The notes: a model not told the origin generated them from the letters alone. Positions 38,962 through 51,112 are shown, numbered from the whole stretch's first letter. The stretch: DNA of 62,919 nt, filler included, from Bigelowiella natans CCMP2755 (GCA_000320545.1; 7 parts of 7 records of this genome joined end to end with filler, not necessarily neighbours in it); one strand, 5' to 3'. Program-made: numbers and translations.

Positions 38962-39576
38962 GTGATGATGGTGATGATGAAGGTGAGAGTGTATGGCGGT
39001 GATGGTGGCCCGGGGGAAGGGGGGAGGGGTGGAAGAAGATGTAAGAATCCCGATTGGTGCTTGAGGGCGATGATGATGATGATGATGATGATAGTGGTGG
39101 TGGTGATGGTGATACAAGCAGGCAAAAGCAGAAGAAGAAGCAGAAGGCAAAAGAGAGAGAGAGGCCAACAAAAAACAACCTTGGACCCCTCGAAAACTTC
39201 CAAGAGGGCGCTCAGAGTCTGCACAAACTCGTCGCACTTGTCGGTGAGCGTGGCCGGGTTTTGAAAGAACTGCTGCAAGTTCCATACCGACTTGTAGAAA
39301 GCGTAATCGACGCCGCCCCCCTCCTCGTCATCCTCCTTCTTCTCGTCGCCCTTCGCCTCTACCTCCATCATGCTGCTCTCTCCCCCTTCTTGGAGGATAT
39401 GGTAAACAACATTCGTTGGTTGTGTGAGGATGTGTGTGTGTGTGTGTGTGTGTGTGATGTAGCAAGTCCAACAATACGTACCAGGAGGAGGAGGGGAGGA
39501 GGAGATGGTGGTGGTAGTGGTGGTGGGAGGGGGGAAGAAATGGTTTTGCACACCGACACACACAAAGTATAATATA

Positions 39577-39616
<40 letters not shown>

Positions 39617-39709
39617 ATATGACCCTGCGTGTGTGTGTACATGTGTTGTCGGCAACTATCATCGCCATCACGATCATCGTTATGCTGCCCCACCATCACC
39701 ATTGTCACT

Positions 39710-39740
<31 letters not shown>

Positions 39741-39924
39741 CTTAACTTACCAGCCTTGGAGGAGCCTCCTTTGCTACTACCTTCGTTGCTGCTGCTGTCG
39801 TCCGGCTGAATAGACGTGTTATTGTTTGGATTGAATGCCCCGGAGATGTTCAGACCACTCGGCTCGCTCAGCGGCAACGACTTCGCGAGAAGCAAAGATA
39901 CCTATAATCGTAGCACTGCTTTAG

Positions 39925-39961
<37 letters not shown>

Positions 39962-41442
39962 TGGTGACTCGAATCGCCTTGACAGCTCAAATCTTGCAGT
40001 TACCCATTTCACGATAGCAAAGCTGCCACTTCAATTGACCCCCCCTCCCCCCCTCCTCCCCATCCCTCTTCGTGTTGTTTGAATTTCAAATGAGTAAGAG
40101 GGAAAATCCCGGAGGCATGCCCTAGCTTCTCCATGAAGGCGCGATTTCGGAACGTTCGGAATGAATTTATTGGCGAAGCTGGCAATCTACTGGAAGATAA
40201 ACCGACCTGTCCGCAAAAAGCCGTGTTCGTAGTCTTCGACAGCCGATTCTTCAGCATATTGCAGATCTTGAGCAAAGCTGATCATCAGAAGAAGTATATC
40301 CGTCAGGAAAGGAGAACACGTCCACACGTCCTCACCCAGTGGAGTCAATGGATGCAAGCAACAACTGTTCATTGGCCCTGTGTGTATGATCATGCAGCTG
40401 CTAATTACTATGGTCGATGGCTCTACCGAATTTGGTGCGTGTGACGAATAGCGAAGGCGACTTAATGACAAGCTGCAGGTTTCTCTCCACAAACGGGAAG
40501 ATCCTTTCACAGCCCTTGATGGTTTGGCAGTCGAGGATGTCTTCCAGGAACCTCACAACCTGCGTTGCGTGAGTGCGAGTGATGTCGCCATTTGAAAAAC
40601 GCCGGGGGGGGGATAGAAGGAATGGGGGAGGAGTGCGGGGGGGTGGAGGGGGGAGAGCAGCACGTGCGGACTGTGATCAATGTTGAAACAGCAGTTCGTG
40701 CATACCGCGGCCTCGTCGAGGAGTTTGTGCTCAGAGCACCAACGGCCGAGGGAGATGAGCTTTTCAACCACTGGGGTTTCAATTGATCCACCACCGGCGG
40801 ATCTTATCTGGCCCTATGATGAGTGGAGGTTGGGGTTTATATCAGCTGAGAATGCCTCTCCAGCGTGCACACTCGCAAGGGCAACACGGCGAACTCCCTT
40901 ATTCATTCCTCAGGTTGGGGAAATGTACCTCAAGGACTTCGCGGAAGGCAAGCTCGAGAAGTGGTCTGTTTGTGACGGGGCCGGGGGGGGGGGGGGTTGA
41001 CGGGGGATGTCAGAAGCGATACGTTCAATGCATGAGTCCGATTCGCCACCAATAACTTTTTGATGACTACACATAGCCAGCATAATTTTCTTACTTATCA
41101 TGGACTTCTCCATCTCCCAGAGTGGCCTGAAAATAATAGAGCATGCGTTGATGACATCGCTTCAAAAAGAAGGCTAAGTTCGTCACACTCACCGTGAGAG
41201 CCTTCTGGAACTGCTCAGCAGTTTGAGTGCTCCTCACCGCATTCTCCACTAAACCCTGTATACACACACAGCCAAGCACAAGGCTTTGTCATCTTTGTCT
41301 TTTCGGGGCCCAGTTCGTGAATTGGAACCTTCTGTGTGGCTCTCCTTGTCTCAAAGGACGTGGAAGACGCCGTGGCCGCCATTCTGAAGGTGCGTTGAGT
41401 TCGGGCCAGTGATTTCGATCTTGCGACAAGAGTACGGACCAT
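38140..41442 (-). CDS. THOC1: THO complex subunit 1 (3' truncated)
   Basis: LKICNMLKNRLSKTTNTAFCGQV|..LLAKSLPLSEPSGLNISGAFNPNN; FYKSVWNLQQFFQNP; YYPKFLTGIRLLSLQLE|DANFRRTVLTQCFLLF; TPPNG. Confidence 0.9.
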
Positions 41443-41775
41443 GTCGCAAGTAAAGAATGCTGTGAAATCACATTCTAATGGAAAGAGCGGCTCGGTCAGC
41501 TTTCCATCGGAAAGACATCGAAGATCGATGGATGATGAAGGATTTCAAACGCACAGTTTGCTCATGCGATTTTGCTCGGGACTGAAAATCCAGGCAGAAT
41601 TCTCATGGCGTCAAGTCAGTAAGATTTGTCGCATGGAAATAATTATAGTCATACTCCATTTTTTCGTTTAGCGATTAGCTATTTTTAGTTCTTAAGGCTT
41701 GGAAAGTTGGGAACTCATATCATCATTTTAGCCCTAGCGACGTCACTCCGCTCGAGGCCATAGTGAGGAGATTCG

Positions 41776-42838
41776 ATGGCTTCTTTGCGTCCCAGCTTGC
41801 TGTTGGGTATCGTTCTATCCCTCCTCTGTGCGGTTTACACCGTCCTCCGGCCATGTTCTTCGCTTTCTCTGCCTCAACGAAGCGTTGGCATTGCAAGGAC
41901 CCGGGCTCTAGCAATCAATGTCGGTGATTTCGTTGATTGCTCGTTCGGGAGTGCCAGCGTCTGATGTATTCCTCGGATCAGGGAAAAGTAATCGATAGGA
42001 GAAGAAACTTCTTCAGAGGAGCTTTATCCTCTGTGCTTTTATCCGGAATGCACCCATCGTCCAGCTGTAAGAGATTGTTCATGCATTGTAAACCAATCGT
42101 TGGTGACTTATTTTCTGTGAATCAGCAGCAGCTTCAGAATCTCCTCAACCTGGAGGTCGTTTTTACAATATCTTTCGATATTTAGAAAGACTGTGTCTCC
42201 CCCCCCTGCATATTTAAAATCACATGTTCGCATGATTGTGTTTGTATTGTGCAACGTGTATATGAATGTGCACTTTGCCAATCAGGACCCGGAATCTCGG
42301 ACGAATACATTGCTGAATTGAAGAGACGGAAAGAAGAACGCTGTAAATATAAGTAGGGTCCCTTGAATAACAGCAGAAATTGCATCAGAAAGAATTTCTC
42401 GACAAACAAATGAAGTTTTACAAAACTTTCACGCAAAATTTAGGGGCGGTTGTCCTGATTCGGGGCGAATTTTCATGGAAAGGGGATATGTGGAATACTT
42501 TCACACATTAAACAAGGAGGTTCGTGTAATAGCATCCGAAAGCAAACCGGGATCCTTGCTGTGATAATGAATTGAATGTCTGTCTTTCATTCAGATTGTT
42601 CGGAATCTTGATGGCAGCTATGAAATCATCACGATGAAAGAAGTTGGCTCAGAAATCTAATCTATAATTACTCTTAACCTTACAGACCTTCGTTAAAATA
42701 AATTAGCTTAAATTAATTGGTTCGCAAATCTTGATGTATTTGCAGGCACGGCAGTTAAAACGAGAGGGGAAGCTACGATCAGAGAAGGTTGGGTGGCTCC
42801 CGTTTGGTGATGCTGAAATACTCGTAAAAGTTGAGTAA
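41776..42838 (+). CDS. Small unknown plastid protein with signal peptide, transit peptide and twin-Arg (thylakoid lumen-like) leader; short introns
   Basis: MASLRPSLLLGIVLSLLCAVYTVLRPCSSLSLPQRSVGIARTRALA..|GKVIDRRRNFFRGALSSVLLSG..AAASE..|DEYIAELKRRKEERCKYK|FRGGCPDSGRIF..|IVRNLDGSYEIITMKE|ARQLKREGKL...VKVE*. Confidence 0.65.
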
Positions 42839-43532
42839 GACGGCGACTTAGACAAACATATTCGTTCTATCGTATCGCGCTGTGCATGTGGCGATCTAAC
42901 TGATGATGGATGGGCTTGTGATGAAGTTAAGTGTTACATCATCTGCATTCAAATTTCACAGTATTCAATTGTTACTGTGCATACTTCGGGGAACACTATC
43001 TACATGTGCACATAGGAGCTTAGTCACTTCGCACTAGCTAGAAAAGGGAACTGCGGGCTTTGAGGATGATATAAATTTCTTTCAACAACGCATTTCACAA
43101 AAACGTCGACTGTGGACATAAGCTAGTACACATTGTTCTTGTTAGATATGTTGGGCGTAATGACATGTCTGTTGATGATTTAAGTTCCAGCAGCATGCAA
43201 TGCTTAAAAAATGTATGTTATTAGACAAGGTAACTGCTAGCTAGCCAGCAAGTCGTAGTCACACTTTTTGTTGCTCCTCATGCAGTGGCTATACGTACTG
43301 TGTAAGTTTCGCTTGAATGTTACCACTGCATCATCATGTGCACATGTCACCATCGATGGTTATAGAACGCGTGCATATGCATTGGTATTTTGTAGAAAAT
43401 CGTCGTCTGTAGTTTCGGACAAGCTCCAGCGGAAATATATAAATGGCAACTAGCAGACATTGCATGGTCAACAATTAATGACAGCACGACTGTATCGTGT
43501 GCTACGGATTTATTATTTGTAAACGTGCATAG

Positions 43533-43603
43533 GTATTGACTCAACTCTTAAGCATTTCTCTGCTTAGACTTTACGCGTTAGAGCTTCATATTATTCCAAG
43601 TAC
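43533..43603 (-). promoter_or_regulatory. Type II SECIS element in the MGMT 3' UTR
   Basis: mRNA sense: GUACUUGG-aauaau-AUGAA-GCUCUAACGCGU-AAA-g-UCU-aagc-AGA-gaa-AUGCUUAAGAGU-UGAG-UCAAUAC. It has the UGAN/NGAN core, a 12-bp helix II (2 mismatches), apical AAA, a ministem and helix I. Confidence 0.8.
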
Positions 43604-43654
43604 GCTTACCATAACTAATATAATCTCTTCAAATGTAATTTCCCATATCTGAAT

Positions 43655-44128
43655 TTACTTCTTTTCAAGTATCTGGAAGTATTTGGAAAGCCTTTTTTGG
43701 CGTTTGGCGGGTTGTTTTCTTTTCTCACTCTCTTCATTGTCTATCAAAAAGCTATGCATGCACTCTAAGAGTACACGCCCATGCGGATCGATTAGCACGC
43801 CTTCGCCCTCCAAGAGTTTCCTTTTCTTGATAACTTTTGGTTTGCCAGCGCCCCACTCCCCCGAAAATCCTCCCAGACTCCGATCCGATGATATGATACG
43901 ATGTCACGGAACCTCGGGGAAGTAAGGGTTATTTCGCATTGCCTGGCCCACAGCTCTGGCGCATGATTTGGGTTTTAGTGCAGCTGCAATTGAGCCGTAG
44001 GTGGCGACCTTGCCCTTTGGGATGGTTTTGACGAGCGCGTACACACGTCTTTGAAAATCGGTGGGATCTTTCTTCTTCTTCTTTTCACCACCCTCCTCGG
44101 GAGACTTTCGCTTCTTCCTCCCCGACAT
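43655..44128 (-). CDS. MGMT: O6-methylguanine-DNA methyltransferase (Ogt/MGMT C-terminal domain), predicted selenoprotein with U at the catalytic site, NLS and PIP box; 157 aa, intronless
   Basis: TDFQRRVYALVKTIPKGKVATYGSIAAAL..SCARAVGQAMRNNPYFPEVP[TGA]HRIISSDRSLGGFSGEWG..KKRKLLEGEG...QKRLSKYFQILEKK-TAA. Confidence 0.9.
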
Positions 44129-44767
44129 GGTGCCTCCCCCACGTCCGTGATGACGACGGATTTTGCGGGAAGAGCTTCCCACTGATTGAGTGCTTTTTCC
44201 CACCGGGTTTTCCAAGAATTCACATGCGATTTTCGCCGTGCGTCACGTGTATCGGCACAAACTAGGAACGGAATTCCGCTGTTGTCGCTGCTGTTCTGGG
44301 CTTTGGCTGACCACCTTTTTCACTATGATGTTCTTGGCTGAAAATGCGATCAGTTCGGCGGGAGGAAGAGCTAGGTTTCCGGCCTCCAATTGTAAAATAT
44401 AATTATTAGATGTTTTCGGTGTATATTTTTGTCTAAGTGGTCTATCAAACCGACAGGTCTGCAACAAGAGTAGATCATCGTTAAGCCCCCGAGCCGACCC
44501 TCCCCAGCCATCCTCTTCTTAGTTCCTGGTGCGTGCAAAAAGGGCCTACTAGCGTCGTAGGGAGTGTGTTCCTGGCGTTTGGAGTGGTACGGCGTCGCCG
44601 GGGAGCTACCCAGCGTGAGAGCATCAATCGCCGACGGTGCGCGACGTCTCAGCCCCGGGGTAGGAGTCGTGTGTGGGGTCGGCAGCTAATGTAAGCTTTG
44701 TCCGAACTTAGTGAGACTTCTTCGATCTTTGTTTCGCGTTGCTACGAATGGATAGATGAGCACTAGC

Positions 44768-44805
<38 letters not shown>

Positions 44806-44949
44806 ATCCTTTCGTCCACCTCCCACACGTTGTGTTAGATGGGCGGAGCACGATGGCAACGACGGCTGTTGACGATAGCCTTTTTGATGGGGGGGCCTTT
44901 CCGCCCCTATGCTTCCTCCTCATCTCGCTACTCTCCTCCTTCTTCCCCA

Positions 44950-45412
44950 ATATGGTTTGGGGAGGCGTCTTCCTTCATCAAGCCCGAACACGTGGAGGAG
45001 CTAATGCAGGTTGCTTCTTAGGCCTTAAGCCTTCACACAGACGCACGCGAGCGAAAGCTATTCCACTCGACTTCGCACGCCCTCGTATTTACGCGTGCAC
45101 GCATGTCGTACATAGGCAGCAACATCAAGGATGGAGTCTTCTAAGATGTTCGATACCACGTACGCCGCCCTTCCGGCCGCGGCTCTATCATTTCCGCAGC
45201 ATAGCGAATGAATAATAATCACGCCGAGAGAGAGATATAGGGAGAGGGAGGAAGGGACGACGGGAAAGAGGGGGAGAGAAGGTTCAGAGCGAGAGAAAGT
45301 GAATAGAGGCCTTTCGACGGATTCGTCAATGCACTTAGTACTTATCGCCATCTTCGCCGTTGTATATAGCGGTACCTGCTTTACACGAAAGTTATCTTAG
45401 CAGCTTCGACTT

Positions 45413-45476
<64 letters not shown>

Positions 45477-45566
45477 ACAAACAGGTCATCCTCAAACTCA
45501 GCCTCAGAGTCAGTCTCTGACCACTACTTCGACGCCCCGAACTCCACGTATCAGCAGTTACCACCG
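44950..45566 (+). CDS. Hypothetical protein fragment (start unresolved, 3' truncated)
   Basis: AG/GT-bounded segments WFGEASSFIKPEHVEELMQ|AATSRMESSKMFDTTYAALP.. separated by microsatellite introns. Confidence 0.3.
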
Positions 45567-45701
45567 GTCGCTTGCGTCAAAAAAGAGCGGGGGGGGGATG
45601 GGGGGTGGGGATGGGGGGAGGAGGAATAAGGTTGAGAGAAGAGGGGGGCCACAGATCCTTTCCTATACAAGCGAGTGGGGGGTGGAGGGAAGATATCTCT
45701 G

Positions 45702-45801
45702 NNNNNNNNNNNNNNNNNNNNNNNNNNNNNNNNNNNNNNNNNNNNTTAATTAATTAANNNNNNNNNNNNNNNNNNNNNNNNNNNNNNNNNNNNNNNNNNN
45801 N
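45702..45801. other. Artificial contig spacer
   Basis: N44-TTAATTAATTAA-N44. Confidence 0.97.
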
Positions 45802-45999
45802 CTTACTCTACTTTTCGTCTTACTTCCTACTTTCCCTCCTCTCCCCCCCTCCTCCCCCCCCCCCTCCCCTCTCCTCGTACGCCTTTCCCTACAACACACC
45901 ACCGCCATCTCCACCACCCCTACTACACCCTGCTACCTTCGCCACATCCCGCCCCGTCGCAGAAGTACCGCTTTGCCCTGTTATTGAGCACATAACAAA

Positions 46000-46640
46000 T
46001 ATGTAGGTGCGTATATCAGAGCTGCCTTCTTCCACCTCCCAGTGTGGGAGGATGTTCTTCCAGACGCAAAACCACACCACACATAAACATAACTATCTCT
46101 CGCTGAAGCAGTACCCATGCTCGATGTTACGGTGCCTCCTGAGTTCGGATTGGGTGCGAAACTTCATGCTGCAACCGTCGGAGCTGCATCGAAATGGGAG
46201 CCCTTTTGACATCACGACCGAGAGAGCTCGTCAGGTCAGACACGCGCAAGCACCACAGGGGTAATTGTGCGGGGAGAAAGAAAGCATGGAATACATCGAT
46301 GCTTTCTGTTGGGCAAAGAATAGGTGAAGTCTCATTGGTGTGATGCGGCTGCTGCGGGCAGAGAGAAGCTCGAAACAAGAATAGCAGCAACACGTGTATA
46401 CATGAGTCCTTCAAAATTTACCACACTCCTCTCGAGAATACACGCGCGTAAGCAAACGCAAAGCCCAGGAAGGGGCAAATAATGTGTTTGGAAAGGTTGT
46501 GATGGTGAAAGGTAACCTCCATCATGCGCCTCGCACTCATGGCTCCGAAGCTGATTCTGTCGGAGATTGAGAGTAGCATTTTAGATTTACTTGCACACAC
46601 ACAAACACACGCACGCACGCACATTTCTATCTGTATACGT

Positions 46641-46683
<43 letters not shown>

Positions 46684-47799
46684 TTTACACTCTATACACT
46701 CGCAGAGAAATGTGTCCCCATCCCCACGTAGCCATGTGCATTAGTCTAAACCCCTCCCTCAACGGTACCTTTTTTGCGAATTTGGCCTGGCACTGAGTGT
46801 GTGTGCATACGTATGGTAAGGGGTTCTCGTGCATTTTCAAGTGTCTTCTCAGCTTTCGATTCGTGTTGAAGGCGTGCGCGCAACCGGGATGCGTGCATCT
46901 TTTAGAGGAGAGAAAGAAGAAAGATAAGCAGGTGCTTTCTACGAGTAAAAGTCACAAAAAACGATCGTTTATTATCTGTGTGCGAAACCCCCTCGTGGTA
47001 ATTATTGATAGTTGTAGCGGGTCCTCTTCACCGCAAGCATGTACACACCACACACACACACACACACTAGGGTTTTACTTGCAATTCGTTATTCGTTCAG
47101 GACTTACTTGTAATCACGCGCGTCTGTATGAATTAACTGGTGGCGCTTAAGGTGATCCTTGCGAGAAAACGACATCGCACATCCAGGCCTGAAATTCCAT
47201 CCCCCCCATCGCATCGCCAAATCGGAAGTAATAAGAACAACGTTTATATCACTGTGAATGATGTCTTCTTACCACAAGCAATGGAAGGGGCGTTTCTTGT
47301 CGTGGGTGCGCATATGACGTTCAAGTTTGAATTGCTTGATGAACGACATGCCACAACCAGGAACCGCACATTTGAAGCGTTTGGCAATATCCACACAGTC
47401 CTCCTTCTCCTCCTCGAGTTGCTTAGTCTGTTCTTTCTCTTCGCTACTCTCTGCTGTCCTCCTTCGCTTTCTCGGTTGCTTCTCCTTCTGCAGAATCGTA
47501 GGAACAGTAACAGGAAGAAGCAAAATAGAACGACCGAGGCTGCTGGAAGCTTCATTTGTTATGGGCAGCGGGTCACTAGCTTCCATGTCCTTTCTTTTCT
47601 TCTGCGACACATAATTCGAAGCCAGAGAGATATATCAAGGATTGGAATCGGAGCGGAAAAGGCACCATCGTGTGACGACCACAACGATGGAAACTTCAAG
47701 ATAATTGTCCACCTTTATCCCACCCGCCTGGGGCTTCGGGTCCTCCTGAGCCTCCTCATTTTCCTTTTCCGATGGTGGCCGGAACGACTTCGCAGCCAT
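46000..47799 (-). CDS. Multi-C2H2 zinc-finger protein, TFIIIA-like (3' truncated)
   Basis: FKCAVPGCGMSFIKQFKLERHMRTHDKKRPFHC; CTHPGCAHAFNTNRKLRRHLKMHENPLPYVCTHTQCQAKFAKK|NQLRSHECEAH; LPFRCSSDGCSMKFRTQSELRRHRNIEH. Confidence 0.75.
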
Positions 47800-47958
47800 C
47801 GTCTCTGGGACCGCTTGAGGAATATATTCAAATTTTTATGTCGCAGATGTTAAATTCCCTTTGTTTTATTTATGAATAATTCGGAGACATTAACTAATAT
47901 TCTCCGGATATGAATTGAGGATATTTTCTCTCTGCGACATCCAAATCCTTCTCTTAAC

Positions 47959-50184
47959 ATGGTCGCTACCAAGCTCGTAAGTTTCACCAAAACCTACAGG
48001 TTTATTGTTGCCGATGGGTAAGCATTTATGCATGTGTATCATAAATTACGACAACAAATGGATTATGTCTTAGATTTGGAATTCCATCTAAACATCATAA
48101 TGTTTTCGTAACGACGATCTGCACTACTCTGAATTTTCCTACTCGTGACATTTTCGTCGGTTCTTTACATCCCATTTCCACAATAACCTTCCTAGGGGAG
48201 GGAGAGTCTCTTCAATAACAGGCCCAGGACACTCGGAAGGAGAAGAACCATTCACGTGGAGGAAGAAAAAATATTCTGACAGAAAGACCAAGCAATGAAA
48301 AGGTGGATCTCACTCAGGGTTGAAAGGTATCTACCACAACCTAACTACCCAACAGGAAAAGGAAGACAAACGATTCGAATGGGAATTTCATCAGAGTATA
48401 CTATAGCTTTTTTCATTTCACTACTATCGTCGTAACTATATCGAATTGCTTTTTACGTATCACCGTTGTCTGCGTAACCATGATACCAAATTCGGCGCTC
48501 GGAATCACGATGAGTTGTACTTCCTTCGTGATCTGTTTTCCAGCATTGTCGAGGATGTGGCCTTGAAAATCCGAAAAGGCGAGGTCGTAATGGACGATAG
48601 TAAGTATCAGCTCAACCGAGCGGCACGTTTACAGGCAGACGTGGCTGCAAGAAGGAGAGAAAGAAAGGAGCGGGAGGAGCAGGAGAGGAGAAGGGCAGAG
48701 ATGCTCGAAGCCGCAGAGAAGGAGGCCCTGGAGAAGACATTATTGGAGGAACAGGCAATTCGAACAAAGCAGCAGCGGGATGAACAACGGCGGCTTCGCC
48801 TACAAAGGCGGCAAGAAGAGAGGGACCACCATAAGGCGGCATTGGAGAAGGTAAAGAAAACTCTCAGCCGAGTCAAGAAGGACAAGCCCCTGTATCAGAA
48901 AATGCAGGAGCGTTACGAGAAACGAAGAACTGAGGTCAGGAAAAAAGAGACTGATTGGCTGGAGGAGAGAAAATCGAGACCCCTGAACATCGAGGAACTC
49001 CGTGAAAACGAGCGCAAATATACTGAAATGGCGGAGCTTAAGGCTCGAGAAATGAAGAAGATTGCACAGATGCGTATCATGAAACGCGAGCAGTCTAATC
49101 AGAGAAAAAGATACTATCGTGGCAATGCCTACAGAAGGATTTTAGATGAAGATACGCAGATGAGACTTGTACGCAAGAGGGAGAAGCAGGTGAAACAGAT
49201 GATTGACCGGAAGAGAGAGTATGGGAAGCTCATCAGAGAGATGTTTAAGCCCGCCGGACCAAAGGGCGGTCGGAGCGAGATCATGGCTAAAATGGAGCAG
49301 GAAAAAGAGAGGAAGGAGTGGATTGAAAAAATCAGGGCTCAGACAGTCGACAAAAACACCCGTGGATGGCGCATAGAGAATGAGGTACACCACGACACAG
49401 CTGTGACAATCAAAATGTTATGTTTTGTTAAGAGGGGTATTACTTCTTTAGGATGATCTAGCTGCGGAAAGGAGGAGAATACGTCTGAAGAAAAAGAAAG
49501 AAAGAGAGGTGGGTATGCTTAACATGAGAGATTTCTGCGTCTCCATCGGAGTTGCTCAAAGCATCATTTGATTAGCATCTTCTTAAATGCGTTTGGAGAT
49601 ATCTCATACAATCAACATCTTGATAGGAGGAAGAAAGGAGGAAAAAGGAAAGATCTAAATCAGCTCCGAACTACTTGGATTATTGCAAGAAGAGAGGGCG
49701 GAAGGCATCGCGAAGAAGACCACCCAGGCCTCAGCTTGAGGACTTAGGAGCAATAAACCGAGATGTAGAGAAGTTGGAGAGAGAGACGCAACAGCGTACA
49801 AGGGTACCTTTCTGCGTGGGGTTGTGTTTGTGAGTGGGTGAGTGTGTGTGTGTGTGTGTGTGTTGATCGAAGTGGTAAAGGTGCTAATAGCACATGAAAC
49901 ACGGAGTAACCCTTATGTATCCTTTGCACATGTGAAGGCCCTGCGAAAAAGTGCTGAAGGCATCGATGATGTCGAGGCTGCCGAGGAAGAGACAGATGTA
50001 CAATTAACCAATAACTAGTCTAACACCCACTCACGAAAGAAAAAGAAATAATTCATGCTATGTTATGACGTCAAGGCGCACACACGAACAAATTCACACA
50101 TACAACTAAAACAATCAGATGTTCATTCGCCTGGCCAAGGAGAAAATGCGATTACTTCATCGTGTACGACAAAACTCTAGGTAG
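47959..50184 (+). CDS. Long charged coiled-coil protein (possibly cilium/basal-body associated)
   Basis: 336-aa E/K/R-rich ORF at 48446-49456 plus downstream exons ending MFIRLAKEKMRLLHRVRQNSR*. Confidence 0.7.
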
Positions 50185-50775
50185 CACAGCATTCTCGTAC
50201 AGCTCCATTTCACAAGCTCAATGCAACGACGTGCACACCAGCTGTACCAAGCCTGAGTGGTGCGTGATCAATGCAGAGCTGTCTCCTAGGCTCGCTAGCA
50301 TGTCGATGAGCCTTGCGATTTGAAGCTGAATGTGCAGAAGGATGTAATAAAACGGTCACATTTTTTCAATTGTCGTCCTGAAGTAGCTGTGCAAAGCGGC
50401 GGCTACAGCGCTGAGATTGTGTTTGTTTGTTTCAGCAATTGTGTGCTTATGTCTGAAATATGAACGTGCCACGTACAAGTGTCTGTGCGCTGATATCTGT
50501 TTAGAGTTGCAGTAATTACTGCACGCACGAGCTGGCATTGTTTGTACAACATCTGTCAGATGTGGTTAGCTTCGGCAGTACTAGAGTACTATTCATTCGT
50601 TGCAACCGTTACATCTGTATTTTGGTCTCATGTGCAGCATTATAGCAGCAACTATGCAACTCCACGCATACCTCGTCATCAAGAACATGGACCACTGGCT
50701 ACTATATACTGCCCTGTTTCATTGTTGCGCGTAAGGTGTTTGTAGCGCGTACCACTACGCGGGCACAAGTCACGT

Positions 50776-50925
50776 GCGACAACAAAGGGGTTGTCGCGGA
50801 TATAGAATATAGATAACGTAGATATTAATACAGCATAGGCACGTGGGTTCCCGGCGGGACTCATGGCAGCACACCGGAAGTGTGCTGCCCCACGTGCGGC
50901 GGCATTCGCGAAAGCTTCGCGAATG
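50776..50925. other. Cluster of near-perfect hairpins, including a nested three-way junction
   Basis: gcgacaac/gttgtcgc; gcacgtgg...ccacgtgc enclosing gttccc/gggac and ggcagcacac/gtgtgctgcc; cattcgcgaa/ttcgcgaatg. Confidence 0.6.
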
Positions 50926-51012
50926 ATTACGCAGTGCACGATTTACAAAAATAATCTTTAATAAAAATAAACAAAACTCTTCAAAGGAAGCAAACGTGCC
51001 TTCCCCCCCCTG

Positions 51013-51112
51013 NNNNNNNNNNNNNNNNNNNNNNNNNNNNNNNNNNNNNNNNNNNNTTAATTAATTAANNNNNNNNNNNNNNNNNNNNNNNNNNNNNNNN
51101 NNNNNNNNNNNN
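51013..51112. other. Artificial contig spacer
   Basis: N44-TTAATTAATTAA-N44. Confidence 0.97.

Noticed and set aside
43904-43906. MGMT as a nonsense-mutated pseudogene
   Set aside because: The stop is TGA precisely at the catalytic Cys, the downstream frame and motifs are intact, and a SECIS is present, so Sec recoding is more parsimonious.
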